From an uncultured Peptococcaceae bacterium (GTDB lineage Bacteria; Bacillota; Desulfotomaculia; Desulfotomaculales; Desulfocucumaceae), in assembly GCA_964530215.1 (NCBI GenBank), contig CAZHAJ010000001.1, positions 1 to 45,192 of the forward strand: a stretch of 45,192 bases of DNA, given 5' to 3'. Positions 26,870-37,201 of the stretch are shown piece by piece. The notes under the pieces were generated by a model. It saw nothing but the letters and a program-made list of their open reading frames with translations, was not told the origin of the DNA and did not search any database. How positions within the stretch are numbered: the first letter of the stretch is position 1; each line of letters opens with the position of its first letter. The translations under genes and the position numbers were made by a program.

Positions 26870-28381
26870 TTAATCTGTTTTACGGTACTGAAGGGCTTCG
26901 GCTAAATGTTCTATTTTTACATTTTCACTTTGATTTAGATCAGCGATGGTTCGAGCGATCTTTAAAACCTTATTATGAGAACGGGCACTCATTTTTAATT
27001 GTTTAAATGAAGATTTTAGCAGGCTTTTTGCTTCATTGGTAAGATTGCAATATTTCTGAATATCATCTCCGTTCATATGGGCATTGCACCGAATGTGGGA
27101 GCCGGCAAACCTCTCAGTCTGTAATTTTCGTGCTTGTAACACCCTTTTCTTAACAGCCTCAGACCCTTCTGAAGGAAGGGCTTTGCTTAATTCGTCATAA
27201 GACAAAGGAGGTACATTTATCACAATATCAATGCGGTCTAAAATGGGCCCAGAAATTTTTCCCATGTATTTGGAAATTTGCAAAGGAGTGCATTGGCAAT
27301 TTTTAAGAGGGTCTCCGTAATAGCCGCAAGGACAGGGGTTACATGCCCCCACCAAAGTAACTCTGGCAGGGAAGGTGACGGATGCATGGACGCGGGTAAT
27401 GGTTATCACCCCATCCTCTAAGGGTTGCCTTAATGCTTCTAGGCAGTTTTTATTAAACTCGGGCATTTCATCTAAAAATAAAATTCCGTTGTGGGCAAGG
27501 CTTATCTCACCCGGGCGGGGTATCTTACCTCCCCCCACCAGGGAAACGGAAGATGCGCTGTGGTGCGGTGCCCGAAATGGACGATTGCTTATAAAGCCAG
27601 ATTGAAGGAGGCCGGTAAGGCTGTATATTTTTGTGGTTTCAAGAGCTTCCTCGAAAACCATATCGGGCAATATTCCGGTTAAGCAACGAGCTAGCATGGT
27701 CTTTCCGGATCCGGGACTGCCCACCATCAGTAGATTATGACTGCCGGCTGCAGTCACTTCCAAAGCTCTTCGGGCTGCCATTTGTCCGCGGACTGTGGAT
27801 AAATCGATGGAAATTTCCCCGTTTGGGTTTGAAGTTTTTTTAGGCTCGGATTTATGCGGGGGGATGTTTGTTTCTCCTTTTAGAAAGCTGACCAGCTGAT
27901 ATAGCGAGGAGATGGGAAAAACCTCTGATTTAATAGATAAAGCTGCCTCATCGGCATTTTCTGAAGGCACTACAACCGATACCTGACCGCTTTCATATGC
28001 AGCTATTACATTGGGAAGAACTCCGTTTACACCCCTTACTCCTCCGTTTAACGATAGCTCCCCGATAAAGACATACCTGCTACACACCAACGGATCCAAT
28101 TGGTCGGTGGCTGCAAGAATGCCTACAGCAATGGCAAGGTCGTACATAGAGCCTTCTTTTTTTATATCAGCTGGTGCCAGATTAACTGTTATTCTTTTCA
28201 GAGGGAATTCAAAATCTGAGTTTCTGATGGCTGATCTTACTCTTTCCCGGGATTCCTTCACCGATACATCGGGAAGTCCTACAAGATCAAAACAAGGCAA
28301 CCCATTGGAGACGTCAACTTCTACTTTAATTAAGTTTCCCTCTAATCCGTTAAGGGCTGTGCTTTGGGTTATTGCAAGCAA
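26870..28381 (-). CDS. comM: YifB/ComM family Mg-chelatase-like ATPase
   Basis: Lon-protease-like N-domain, Walker A GSPGSGKT, FLDE Walker B and a C-terminal Mg-chelatase domain. I trimmed the start to TTG 28381 (AAAGAGGT RBS 7 nt upstream, giving MLAITQS...). The track ORF extends to 28468. Confidence 0.9.
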   Translation of the reverse strand: MLAITQSTALNGLEGNLIKVEVDVSNGLPCFDLVGLPDVSVKESRERVRSAIRNSDFEFPLKRITVNLAPADIKKEGSMYDLAIAVGILAATDQLDPLVCSRYVFIGELSLNGGVRGVNGVLPNVIAAYESGQVSVVVPSENADEAALSIKSEVFPISSLYQLVSFLKGETNIPPHKSEPKKTSNPNGEISIDLSTVRGQMAARRALEVTAAGSHNLLMVGSPGSGKTMLARCLTGILPDMVFEEALETTKIYSLTGLLQSGFISNRPFRAPHHSASSVSLVGGGKIPRPGEISLAHNGILFLDEMPEFNKNCLEALRQPLEDGVITITRVHASVTFPARVTLVGACNPCPCGYYGDPLKNCQCTPLQISKYMGKISGPILDRIDIVINVPPLSYDELSKALPSEGSEAVKKRVLQARKLQTERFAGSHIRCNAHMNGDDIQKYCNLTNEAKSLLKSSFKQLKMSARSHNKVLKIARTIADLNQSENVKIEHLAEALQYRKTD

Positions 28382-28584
28382 ATATCTGACCTCTTTGTTA
28401 AAATTAGCCGTAAAATATCTGGGCTTGCAACATAATTCTGCATAATGATAAAAGAACCTGCAGTGCAAGGTGCTAAAGTACCAAAAGGCTATAAAAAAAT
28501 GCTGTTTGGTGCTTATTTTGGTTTGAAACTGTACAAACTTTTGGAACTTTGCATTTTATGGTGAGTCATTTATGTTATGGTTAT

Positions 28585-28947
28585 CTAAAATGCGTTGGGT
28601 ATGTGTTCAATTTTTTTTGCAATGCCATCTGACATCATTGTCACTGCAACAACATCAAAACGTACCGAGATATTTTTTAAGTTTTGGGACGCAAGATATA
28701 ACACAGCCAACTGTCTTATCTTTTTTTGCTTTTTAAAGTTTATACTTTCAACAGGTTTTATATAAGCATCAACGGCAACTGTTCTTACCTCTATGAATAC
28801 AAGGCTGTCTTTGTGTTTGGCAATTATGTCCAACTCGCCCAGTTTGCATCGGAAATTTCTATTTATTATTTTAAAGCCTAATTTACTAAGATATTCAGCT
28901 GCCGCATCTTCCCCCATTTTGCCTAAGGTTAGCCTAGATTTTGTCAT
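28585..28947 (-). CDS. yraN: YraN family (UPF0102) endonuclease-like protein
   Basis: 120 aa; G..GE..A..YL...G..I...N.R....GE.DII........VF.EV..R pattern. Confidence 0.88.
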   Translation of the reverse strand: MTKSRLTLGKMGEDAAAEYLSKLGFKIINRNFRCKLGELDIIAKHKDSLVFIEVRTVAVDAYIKPVESINFKKQKKIRQLAVLYLASQNLKNISVRFDVVAVTMMSDGIAKKIEHIPNAF

Positions 28948-29089
28948 GGCAGTCTCCTTGTTGGTTAATTTAGGTGATTAATTCTTGAAATGCCTGAAAA
29001 ATCCTGCATACCTTTTGTTTTAAGGCGATGGCTTTGTGATGGAGATTACATCTTTAATAAATAGCTTTTAATTATTGAAATTCTTCACG

Positions 29090-29118
29090 TTGCTTATCAG
29101 CAATGCCTCTTATATAAT
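29090..29118 (+). promoter_or_regulatory. Sigma-A type promoter upstream of recJ
   Basis: TTGCTT (29090-29095), 17-nt spacer, TATAAT (29113-29118). Confidence 0.45.
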
Positions 29119-29147
29119 CTTGATTAATGAATGATTGTGGGGGTAAG

Positions 29148-31811
29148 ATGAATAGACACAGTAAGTGGCAGGTCAGAACTGCCGATCCTATTTTAACTTA
29201 TATATTGGAAAAAGATCTGAATATATCTTCAACGTTAGCAAAATTATTGATCAACAGGGGCATATCCACTGCGGATCAGGCCGAGTTCTTCTTTAACGGA
29301 GGCTTAGGCGATATGTTCGATCCATTCTTGATGGCGGACATGGATAAAGCTGTACATAGAATAGGGACTGCCATCGGCAGTCAGGAGAAAATACTTGTTT
29401 ACGGAGACTATGATGCTGACGGGATCACAGCCACTGCCTTATTGGTAAAGACATTGAGAAGTCTTGGTGCACAGGTGGGATACTATATACCTGACCGTAT
29501 GGATCAGGGCTACGGTTTGCATATTGATGTTTTATCCTGGGCAGGTCAGCAGGATTATAATCTTGTAGTGACAGTGGATTGCGGTGTCACTGCTTTGGAG
29601 GTAATTGAGCAGAATAAGGCACAATGTGGTCCGGATGTCATAATAACAGATCATCATGAAACACTGGATGATATACCCGATGCCGAGGCCGTCCTAAATC
29701 CCAAAAGGAAGGATTGCAATTACCCTTTCAAAGAATTAGCCGGAGTTGGAGTTGCACTTAAATTAGCCCAGGCATTGTTTATACATTTTGGAAAATATAA
29801 GGACAGTTGGATTTCCTATCTTGATTTAGCTTGCCTGGGGACTGTGGCAGACATAGTGCCACTCCACAGTGAGAACAGGATAATAGTAAAACATGGCTTG
29901 CCGGCGTTATTCAATACCGGCAATGTGGGAATCAGTGCATTAATGGATGTATCTGGGCTGAAATCCGGAGTACCGGATACCCGGGAGGTGGGATTTGCTC
30001 TGGTGCCCAGAATAAATGCCGCCGGCAGGATCGGGGATCCGTCTCAGGCAGTTAAACTTTTGTTGACAGAGGATAGTCACGAGGCTGCCGAGTTGTCGAT
30101 GCTGCTTCATAAAAATAATCAGGAAAGGCAAAAAATTGAAAGTCTGGTTCTGGCAGAAGCCATGGGTATGCTGGATGGTGATCCTGATCTGGCTAACCAA
30201 CAGGTTATTGTATTGGCTTCTGCAAATTGGCACTCCGGTGTAGTGGGGATAGTGGCTTCTCGTTTGGCGGATAGATATTTCCGGCCTGTACTGCTGATAG
30301 CATTAGAGGATGGAGAAGGTAAGGGATCGGGTAGGAGTATACCCGGGCTTAACCTTTATAAAGCATTGGGTTCTTGTAAAAAGATTTTAACTAAATTTGG
30401 GGGTCATGCCCAAGCGGTGGGTTTTTCGGTATCTGCAGAAAATGTAGACAAGCTCCGTTATGATATCAATGATTATGCACAAAGAAATGTTAGCGAAGAT
30501 ATTTATACTCCCGGAATTATATTTGACGCAGAAGTATCCCTGGCAGAGATTGATGAAATATTGGTTGATGAAATTAAGCATATGGCTCCCTTTGGTCACT
30601 GCAATCCGGATCCGGTTTTAGCTTGTACCGAAGCAACATTGGTTTCTTGCCGAGAAATCGGCAAAAATGGCGGTCATCTGAAAATGGTTGTTCGGGATCG
30701 GGAGACAATATTGGATGCCATTGCTTTTAGAATGGCCTCTTGTATGGATGAAATAGCAGCTTCTTCTGAGGTTGACCTTGCTTTTTTTCCATCTATTAAT
30801 CTGTGGCAGGGCAGACGTAATCTTCAACTTGAAATAAAAAATATAAGACCGTCCGGAGATGGCTTTGCAAGTGACTTGCAGCAATTCTGCAATTATTCTT
30901 ACTTAAGGGATATCCCCGGTTTTTCGGAGGCTGAAGGTTTATTAAAAAAAATGGGGTCCCTGGCTTTTATCCCGGAATGGGGTGTTGCTCTTCTGCACAG
31001 TTATAAGCAGTGTTCTCACTTCTTTATGCTTAATGAAAGCTACCTGGATAGTTATAGGGTGAAAGACCTTGGCATCGGAAGTCAGAACGCCAATATGCCG
31101 CATATCTTAGATGAACAGAAAATTCCCTGCAAATGGTCTTACCTAAAGTTGCTACTTAACCATGAGGGGAGCGGCAGTCTGATTTTGGTGAATTCTGCAG
31201 CAAGAGCTATGGAAACTGCGATTTTTTTAAATCACTCCGGAATAAATGCTGCTTACTACCATTTAGGTATGGATTCACAAAAAACTACTTCTTTTAAGGA
31301 ATGGTTTGAAGCCGGCAAGGGGGTACTGGTATCTACCTATATGGCCTGGGATGAGTTGGGGATCACACCCGGAAAAGTTTTTTTGTTTCAGCCTCCTCAC
31401 AGTGCCGGAGCTATACAGGCTTTTATTGCTAATGGGATTGAGTGTGTCAGTCTGTTTGGAAACAATGATTTAAGGTCATGTTTAAACAGTTTAGAGGCAG
31501 TTGCCCCTGACCGAGAAAAATTAGTTCATTTTTATAATATAATAAGAAACCAGAAAAAATCAATTAATCCAAGAGATTTGGTGGATATCCTTCGCCAGAG
31601 GAGCCGCCTTGCCCATGCGGATATAAATACCATAGCCTATGGATTGGCGGTTTTTTCTGATATAGATTTAATAAAGTATACAATTAGGGGCAGCGGGCTT
31701 GAGATAGAGTTTAACTCGGTAGAAGGTAAAAAAGATTTAAATGATTCCCTCATATTTCGTACAGGCCAAAATGTTGCAGGGGTTATCAAAAAATGGTGGA
31801 CCGGCAAATAA
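29148..31811 (+). CDS. recJ: Single-stranded-DNA-specific exonuclease RecJ (long Firmicute form with a large C-terminal extension)
   Basis: DHH motifs (GDYDADGIT, VTVDCG, ITDHHE) and DHHA1 GGHAQAVG. I chose the start at ATG 29148 (GGGGGT RBS). Confidence 0.93.
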   Translation: MNRHSKWQVRTADPILTYILEKDLNISSTLAKLLINRGISTADQAEFFFNGGLGDMFDPFLMADMDKAVHRIGTAIGSQEKILVYGDYDADGITATALLVKTLRSLGAQVGYYIPDRMDQGYGLHIDVLSWAGQQDYNLVVTVDCGVTALEVIEQNKAQCGPDVIITDHHETLDDIPDAEAVLNPKRKDCNYPFKELAGVGVALKLAQALFIHFGKYKDSWISYLDLACLGTVADIVPLHSENRIIVKHGLPALFNTGNVGISALMDVSGLKSGVPDTREVGFALVPRINAAGRIGDPSQAVKLLLTEDSHEAAELSMLLHKNNQERQKIESLVLAEAMGMLDGDPDLANQQVIVLASANWHSGVVGIVASRLADRYFRPVLLIALEDGEGKGSGRSIPGLNLYKALGSCKKILTKFGGHAQAVGFSVSAENVDKLRYDINDYAQRNVSEDIYTPGIIFDAEVSLAEIDEILVDEIKHMAPFGHCNPDPVLACTEATLVSCREIGKNGGHLKMVVRDRETILDAIAFRMASCMDEIAASSEVDLAFFPSINLWQGRRNLQLEIKNIRPSGDGFASDLQQFCNYSYLRDIPGFSEAEGLLKKMGSLAFIPEWGVALLHSYKQCSHFFMLNESYLDSYRVKDLGIGSQNANMPHILDEQKIPCKWSYLKLLLNHEGSGSLILVNSAARAMETAIFLNHSGINAAYYHLGMDSQKTTSFKEWFEAGKGVLVSTYMAWDELGITPGKVFLFQPPHSAGAIQAFIANGIECVSLFGNNDLRSCLNSLEAVAPDREKLVHFYNIIRNQKKSINPRDLVDILRQRSRLAHADINTIAYGLAVFSDIDLIKYTIRGSGLEIEFNSVEGKKDLNDSLIFRTGQNVAGVIKKWWTGK

Positions 31812-31878
31812 TGTTTTATAATAGTAGAAATTGACTATGGCAGTGTCAGCATTGATAACTGCGGCTAGGAAGATGGCT

Positions 31879-34035
31879 ATGACTTTGGATGATGTTATTC
31901 AAAGATTGATGAGCTATAATTCGGGAGCAGATGTTTCACTGTTGCGCCGTGCTTATGATTTTGCCGAAAAGGCACATACCGGGCAAAAGCGTATTTCAGG
32001 TGAGGCTTATATAACTCATCCCCTTTCTGTAACCATGATATTGGCAGAGCTGGAAATGGACCTGGACACTTTGTTGGCAGGACTGCTTCATGATGTGGTG
32101 GAGGATACCGATATTTCTTTGGAGCAGCTTGCCAAGGAATTCGGAATAGAAGTTGCCCAACTGGTGGACGGTGTTACAAAGCTGGGGAAATTTGAGTTTA
32201 AGTCGAAGGAAGAGCATCAGGCGGAAAATCTGCGCAAGATGCTTTTGGCTATGGCAAAAGATATTAGGGTTATATTGATTAAGCTGGCAGACCGTCTCCA
32301 TAATATGCGCACATTGGATGTTTGTTTTGAGGAAAAGAGAAAAGAGATTTCCCAGGAAACTCTTGAAATATATGCTCCGTTGGCTAACAGATTAGGCATC
32401 TATCATCTTAAGTGGGAGTTGGAAGATCTCTCCTTTCGACACATGATGCCGGAGAAATATTATGAGTTGGCCGAACTCATTTCTAAAACCAGAGATAAAC
32501 GTGAAGAAAATATAGCCAGTGCCATTAAAATACTAGATGAAAAACTCACTTCCATGGGGATTGAGGCAGATATTAAAGGCCGTCCCAAGCACCTTTACAG
32601 CATTTATGAGAAAATGCAGGAGCAGCAGAAAGATTTTAATGAAATCTATGACGTTATGGCTGTCAGGATTGTGGTAAATACCGTTAAGGATTGCTATGCG
32701 GCATTGGGTACAGTGCATACCCTTTGGATACCGATACCCGGCAGATTTAAAGATTATATCGCAATGCCTAAAACAAATATGTACCAGGCTTTGCACACGT
32801 CAGTCGTGGGTCCCCAGGTGGAGCCGCTGGAAATACAGATTCGAACTTATGAAATGCACCGTACCGCAGAATACGGAATAGCGGCTCATTGGAGATATAA
32901 GGAAGGTGGGAAAGAGGATAAAGTTTTAGATAATAAACTTGCTTGGCTGCGTCAACTGTTGGAATGGCAGCATGACCTTAGGGACGCCAAGGAATTTATG
33001 GAAACTTTAAAAGTAGACCTTTTTACCGATGAAGTTTTTGTTTTTACCCCAAAAGGAGATGTCTTTGATCTTCCGGCAGGATCGGTACCGCTGGACTTTG
33101 CCTATCAAATTCACACGCAGGTAGGGCATAATTGTGTGGGAGCCAAAGTAAATAACAGATTGGTGCCCCTGGATTACAAGCTAAAAAACGGTGACATTGT
33201 TGAGATAATTACTTCAAAACAATCACAGGGACCCAGTCGTGACTGGCTTAATGTTGTTCAGACACCTCATGCAAGAAATCGGATACGTCAGTTTTTCAAA
33301 AAAGAGAAAAAAGATGAAAATGTTGTCAAAGGGCGGGATATGCTGGAGAGAGAAGCCAAAAGGCTGGGTATTGAGTCCGAGTTATTAAAAGGTGAACGCC
33401 TTTTGGAGGCAGGACGTAGATATTCTTTGTTAACCGCAGAAGATATATATGCTGCCATTGGGGAAGGGGTTGTTACAGCTACCCTTATATTAAACCGTAT
33501 TAAAGAGTCTATGGCTGACACCAAAGGAGTCCTGCCGTTAAAATATAAGTCCTTAATAAATGAACCTAAAAAGATTGCTTGGGGCAAACCTACCCAAGGA
33601 GTCAGGGTAAGGGGTATTGACAATTTACTTATTAGGCTGTCCCAGTGCTGCAATCCTATACCCGGTGATTCCATTATTGGCTATATTACCAGGGGCAGAG
33701 GGGTATCGGTGCATAGAGATGACTGTCGAAACGTCATCGGTCTGAAGGAATCTGGTGACCCTCGTCTTGTGGAGGTTGATTGGGATGATCATTCCAATGC
33801 ACCTTTTCTGGTCAAGCTTGAAATAGCAGCGGAAGATCGTTCAGGGATGCTAAGTGATATACTGGAAGTGTTGGTGGATATGAAGATAAATGCCAGTTCT
33901 GTTGTTGCCAGGGGGCGCAAGGACGGAGCTGTTATTGAAATGACTTTAGAACTGAAAAGCAAATCCCAGCTTGAATTGATAATTAATAAAATTGCCATGG
34001 TTAGGGATGTCTACGGAGTTAAAAGAACAAATTAA
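31879..34035 (+). CDS. relA: Bifunctional (p)ppGpp synthetase/hydrolase RelA/SpoT homologue
   Basis: HD hydrolase domain (HPL.V...L.....D..T..A.LLHDVVEDT), synthetase domain (RPKH.YSIY.KM, ..D..A.RI), and TGS and ACT domains. The start is uncertain; in-frame options are TTG 31831, ATG 31837, 31873 and 31879. 31879 has the best RBS spacing. Confidence 0.93.
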   Translation: MTLDDVIQRLMSYNSGADVSLLRRAYDFAEKAHTGQKRISGEAYITHPLSVTMILAELEMDLDTLLAGLLHDVVEDTDISLEQLAKEFGIEVAQLVDGVTKLGKFEFKSKEEHQAENLRKMLLAMAKDIRVILIKLADRLHNMRTLDVCFEEKRKEISQETLEIYAPLANRLGIYHLKWELEDLSFRHMMPEKYYELAELISKTRDKREENIASAIKILDEKLTSMGIEADIKGRPKHLYSIYEKMQEQQKDFNEIYDVMAVRIVVNTVKDCYAALGTVHTLWIPIPGRFKDYIAMPKTNMYQALHTSVVGPQVEPLEIQIRTYEMHRTAEYGIAAHWRYKEGGKEDKVLDNKLAWLRQLLEWQHDLRDAKEFMETLKVDLFTDEVFVFTPKGDVFDLPAGSVPLDFAYQIHTQVGHNCVGAKVNNRLVPLDYKLKNGDIVEIITSKQSQGPSRDWLNVVQTPHARNRIRQFFKKEKKDENVVKGRDMLEREAKRLGIESELLKGERLLEAGRRYSLLTAEDIYAAIGEGVVTATLILNRIKESMADTKGVLPLKYKSLINEPKKIAWGKPTQGVRVRGIDNLLIRLSQCCNPIPGDSIIGYITRGRGVSVHRDDCRNVIGLKESGDPRLVEVDWDDHSNAPFLVKLEIAAEDRSGMLSDILEVLVDMKINASSVVARGRKDGAVIEMTLELKSKSQLELIINKIAMVRDVYGVKRTN

Positions 34036-34091
34036 TAAAGAAAAACAACGATATATAACATGATGTTTCAATCAACAAGGATGTGTATTTT

Positions 34092-34541
34092 TTGAGAGCA
34101 GTGGTTCAAAGAGTTTCACGGGCATCTGTGTCAGTTGAACAAGAAACAGTGGCCAAAATCGATAGAGGTGTTGTTATTTTATTAGGGGTTGGTGGTCAGG
34201 ATGGAGATGAGGATGCCCGTTACCTAAGCGATAAGATAGCAAATTTACGGATATTCGAAGATCAGGATAACAAACTTAATTTATCGTTGATTGATGTAGG
34301 GGGCCAAGCTTTGGTGGTCTCACAGTTTACACTGTTTGGAGACTGTCGGCATGGCAGGAGGCCCGGTTTTTCAGAAGCTGCCCCCGCTCATGTCGGTAAG
34401 GAATTATATCAGACCTTTATTGTTAATCTAGAGAAAACAGGCATACCTGTAGCCACCGGTATTTTCCGCGCAAATATGCAGGTGGAAATTATTAATGACG
34501 GTCCGGTGACGATATTGTTAGACAGCAAGAAGCTTTTTTAG
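34092..34541 (+). CDS. dtd: D-aminoacyl-tRNA deacylase
   Basis: [15 protein letters not shown]..., SQFTL and NDGPVT motifs. I prefer the TTG start at 34092. Confidence 0.93.
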   Translation: MRAVVQRVSRASVSVEQETVAKIDRGVVILLGVGGQDGDEDARYLSDKIANLRIFEDQDNKLNLSLIDVGGQALVVSQFTLFGDCRHGRRPGFSEAAPAHVGKELYQTFIVNLEKTGIPVATGIFRANMQVEIINDGPVTILLDSKKLF

Positions 34542-34613
34542 TTAAGTATAGAATTTGGCAAAACTTTGGGACAGGCAGTTTCGGTCCCATAATTTAATGT
34601 GGGAGGGATATTT

Positions 34614-35231
34614 TTGATTTTTACAAAATTATCGGTTGGACCTATGGACAATAATTGCTACATAATAGGCTGTGGGGAAACTATGGTGGCAGCAGTGGTG
34701 GATCCCGGAGCAGAAGGTGAAAGGATAATAAGTAAATTGAAGGAATTAAAGTTGGACTGCCAATACATTATTTTGACTCATGGCCATGCCGACCATATAG
34801 GGGCATTGCAGCAGGTTAAAAAAGCTACAGGAGCACAAACAGTGATCCATATCGATGATTCAGAGATGCTCACCGATCCGGTAAAAAACCTTTCGTATTT
34901 TACCGGTGCCAAATTGGGGGCAGACCCTGCTGATAAGCTGTTGCAGGAAGGTGATGTCATACAGGTGGGAAAGGTGGATTTAAAGATAATTCATATTCCC
35001 GGGCATACACCGGGAGGTATGTGCATTTTAGTGGAGGATAAATTAATAACAGGGGATACTTTATTTGCCGGGGGGATTGGGCGATCAGATTTTCCGGGAG
35101 GGAGCCATGAAGCTTTAGTTGCTTCAATTAAGGAAAAACTTTTTAGTCTGCCTTCTGAAACAAAGGTTTACCCGGGACACGGCCCTTCATCCACTATCGG
35201 AGAAGAAAAACGGAACAATCCCTATTTTTAG
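34614..35231 (+). CDS. MBL-fold metallo-hydrolase (glyoxalase II-like)
   Basis: THGHADHIG metal motif, HIPGHTPG and GDTLF. TTG start sits 6 nt after a GGGAGGG RBS. Confidence 0.88.
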   Translation: MIFTKLSVGPMDNNCYIIGCGETMVAAVVDPGAEGERIISKLKELKLDCQYIILTHGHADHIGALQQVKKATGAQTVIHIDDSEMLTDPVKNLSYFTGAKLGADPADKLLQEGDVIQVGKVDLKIIHIPGHTPGGMCILVEDKLITGDTLFAGGIGRSDFPGGSHEALVASIKEKLFSLPSETKVYPGHGPSSTIGEEKRNNPYF

Positions 35232-35286
35232 GTTATTCCGTTTATGTAGGAGTCACAAAAGATATTGTATTTAAAAGACAAGGCAC

Positions 35287-35502
35287 TCAGTGTTTACAGT
35301 TTTTGCAGCTGCAAGAGTGTTTATGTCCTTTATGGGGTTTTAACCCCATGCCTGAGAAACTGTCAACAATTTGAGCTTTTATTCCTTTTAGATAAATTTG
35401 ACGAAGCCGGTGCTGTTCAGCCTTTTCTTCGTCAGTTAAACCTGTGGACCTTTGTTTTCTTGCTAGCCGGTTAATTTCTGCTACCAAATCTGTGCTAATC
35501 AT
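35287..35502 (-). CDS. DUF896 (UPF0291, YnzC-like) small protein with a C-terminal His/Cys-rich tail
   Basis: INRLARKQRSTGLTDEEKAEQHRLRQIYL is the UPF0291 signature. The tail reads HKGHKHSCSCKNCKH. Confidence 0.75.
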   Translation of the reverse strand: MISTDLVAEINRLARKQRSTGLTDEEKAEQHRLRQIYLKGIKAQIVDSFSGMGLKPHKGHKHSCSCKNCKH

Positions 35503-35553
35503 TAATCATCACCCACAATTATTATAGCACAGGATGATTCGGTTACACTACTG

Positions 35554-35582
35554 TTGACAATAATTGTGAAATTGCATAAAAT
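35554..35582 (+). promoter_or_regulatory. Sigma-A type promoter of the hisS-aspS leader
   Basis: TTGACA (35554-35559), 17-nt spacer, TAAAAT (35577-35582). Confidence 0.55.
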
Positions 35583-35589
35583 TTTGTAC

Positions 35590-35884
35590 GTACCAAAATA
35601 TTTAGCTTAAGGGAAATAAATCAAAGCAATGATCAGGACCAGTAAGTGAGTATTTGCTGTATAGGGAAGAAGGGTCAAAGACTGTAAGCCCTTCCACTGC
35701 AAGATCACTGAATGACCCCTGGGAGTGGTTTTTTAAAAAGGCGGAATGTAAAGCCCCGGATAACAAAACCCGAATAGCCTGCGTTAAAGGCGTATTGGAG
35801 CGGGACATTATGTCCAATCAGGGTGGCACCGCGGGTAACTCTCGTCCCTGACCTTATATAAGGTCGGGTATGAGAGTTTTTATT
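35590..35884 (+). promoter_or_regulatory. T-box riboswitch leader of the hisS-aspS operon (specifier probably GAC, Asp)
   Basis: T-box sequence AATCAGGGTGGCACCGCGGG (35816-35835). S-turn AGTAA is at 35641-35645. The opposing loop reads UGAAUGACC, with GAC at 35714-35716. Terminator stem is at 35839-35876. The distal Stem I motifs are less canonical than in the leuS leader. Confidence 0.75.
35839..35884 (+). terminator. T-box leader terminator (hisS-aspS)
   Basis: 17-bp stem CTCTCGTCCCTGACCTT / AAGGTCGGGTATGAGAG (one mismatch, two G-U pairs), loop ATAT, then TTTTTATTT. Confidence 0.8.
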
Positions 35885-35915
35885 TAGATATTAAACCTCA
35901 TATGGGAGGATAAAA

Positions 35916-37175
35916 ATGCTTACAAATAGACCAAGGGGAACAGCTGATATACTGCTGGATGAAGCCAATCGATGGAGATATGTGGAAAAAATATTTCAGA
36001 AGGTGTGTTGTGAGTATAATTATCTGGAGATAAGAACCCCGATATTTGAGCATACAGAATTATTTGAGCGGGGAGTCGGTGACACCACCGATATTGTGGA
36101 AAAGGAAATGTACACTTTTTTTGACAGGGGAAACCGTAGCATAACTTTAAGACCGGAGGGTACTGCACCAGCAGTAAGGGCGTATTTGGAGAACAAGCTT
36201 TCATCAGGTCCTCAACCTGTGAAGTTATGGTACTGTGGCCCGATGTTTCGTTATGACAGACCACAAGCCGGCAGACTAAGACAGTTTCACCAGTTGGGTG
36301 CTGAGGTAATCGGTTCAGACGATCCCGCAGTGGATGCTGAGCTAATGATTATGCTGATGGATTTCTATGACAGATTGGGCCTTAAGGACTTGGAGTTGCA
36401 GATAAACAGTGTGGGCTGTCCCAACTGCAGGAATGAATTGTGGACCAAGCTACAGGATTATTTCAAACCTGTTCAGGACAAGCTTTGCAATAACTGTCGT
36501 AGCAGGATGCATAAAAATCCGTTAAGAATACTGGATTGCAAAGTGGAAACTTGCGGTGCTGTGGGGAGAAATGCTCCCACCACCTTGGATTATCTCTGTC
36601 AAAGCTGCAATGAGCATTTTATTAAGGTGCAAAATTATCTTGAGCAGGCAGAAGTCAGATATATCATCAACAATAGGCTGGTTCGGGGTCTTGATGATTA
36701 TACTCATACGGCTTTTGAAATTTCTGCTCCGGAAATCGGGGCTCAAAGTTCCATCGGCGGGGGTGGAAGGTATAATGGTTTGGTGAAGTCAATTGGTGGG
36801 CCCGCAGTCCCTGGTGTAGGATATGCCTTGGGTTTTGAAAGAATATTGCTGGCGATGGAAAAACAGAATATTTCCGGGATCACTGCAGCCGGACCCAGTG
36901 TTTTTATAGCAGTTGCTGATGAAGCGGGCAGCAATAGCGCCTTTGCTGTTATGAAGTCACTTCGTTCTAAGGGAATCAGTGCTGATAAAGACTATATGGG
37001 CAGGAGCTTAAAGGCTCAAATGAAATATGCTGGGAAAATTGGATGTCGGTTTGTGATAATCTTGGGTGCTCAAGAGTTGTCCAAAGGTGTGGCGGCAGTT
37101 AAGGATATGCACAGCGGTAATCAATTTGAGCTGTCTGCCGAAAGAATAGCTGAGGAAATTGAAAAAATAATATAG
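35916..37175 (+). CDS. hisS: Histidine--tRNA ligase
   Basis: Class II motifs ([34 protein letters not shown]) and a C-terminal anticodon-binding domain. Confidence 0.96.
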   Translation: MLTNRPRGTADILLDEANRWRYVEKIFQKVCCEYNYLEIRTPIFEHTELFERGVGDTTDIVEKEMYTFFDRGNRSITLRPEGTAPAVRAYLENKLSSGPQPVKLWYCGPMFRYDRPQAGRLRQFHQLGAEVIGSDDPAVDAELMIMLMDFYDRLGLKDLELQINSVGCPNCRNELWTKLQDYFKPVQDKLCNNCRSRMHKNPLRILDCKVETCGAVGRNAPTTLDYLCQSCNEHFIKVQNYLEQAEVRYIINNRLVRGLDDYTHTAFEISAPEIGAQSSIGGGGRYNGLVKSIGGPAVPGVGYALGFERILLAMEKQNISGITAAGPSVFIAVADEAGSNSAFAVMKSLRSKGISADKDYMGRSLKAQMKYAGKIGCRFVIILGAQELSKGVAAVKDMHSGNQFELSAERIAEEIEKII

Positions 37176-37201
37176 CTAATGAGGTTTTGGGAGGGTTTTT
37201 A

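Noticed and set aside
28382-28468. The N-terminal 29 codons of the 532-aa comM track ORF (MHCRFFYHYAELCC...) and the antisense ORF 28011-28445
   Set aside because: ComM homologues begin MLA... at the TTG at 28381, which has an AAAGAGGT RBS. The extension has no RBS and has odd composition. The antisense ORF is a shadow of comM.
35602-35851. 71-aa (-) and 65-aa (+) ORFs in the hisS leader
   Set aside because: They overlap the T-box riboswitch and lack an RBS. The structural RNA explains the region.
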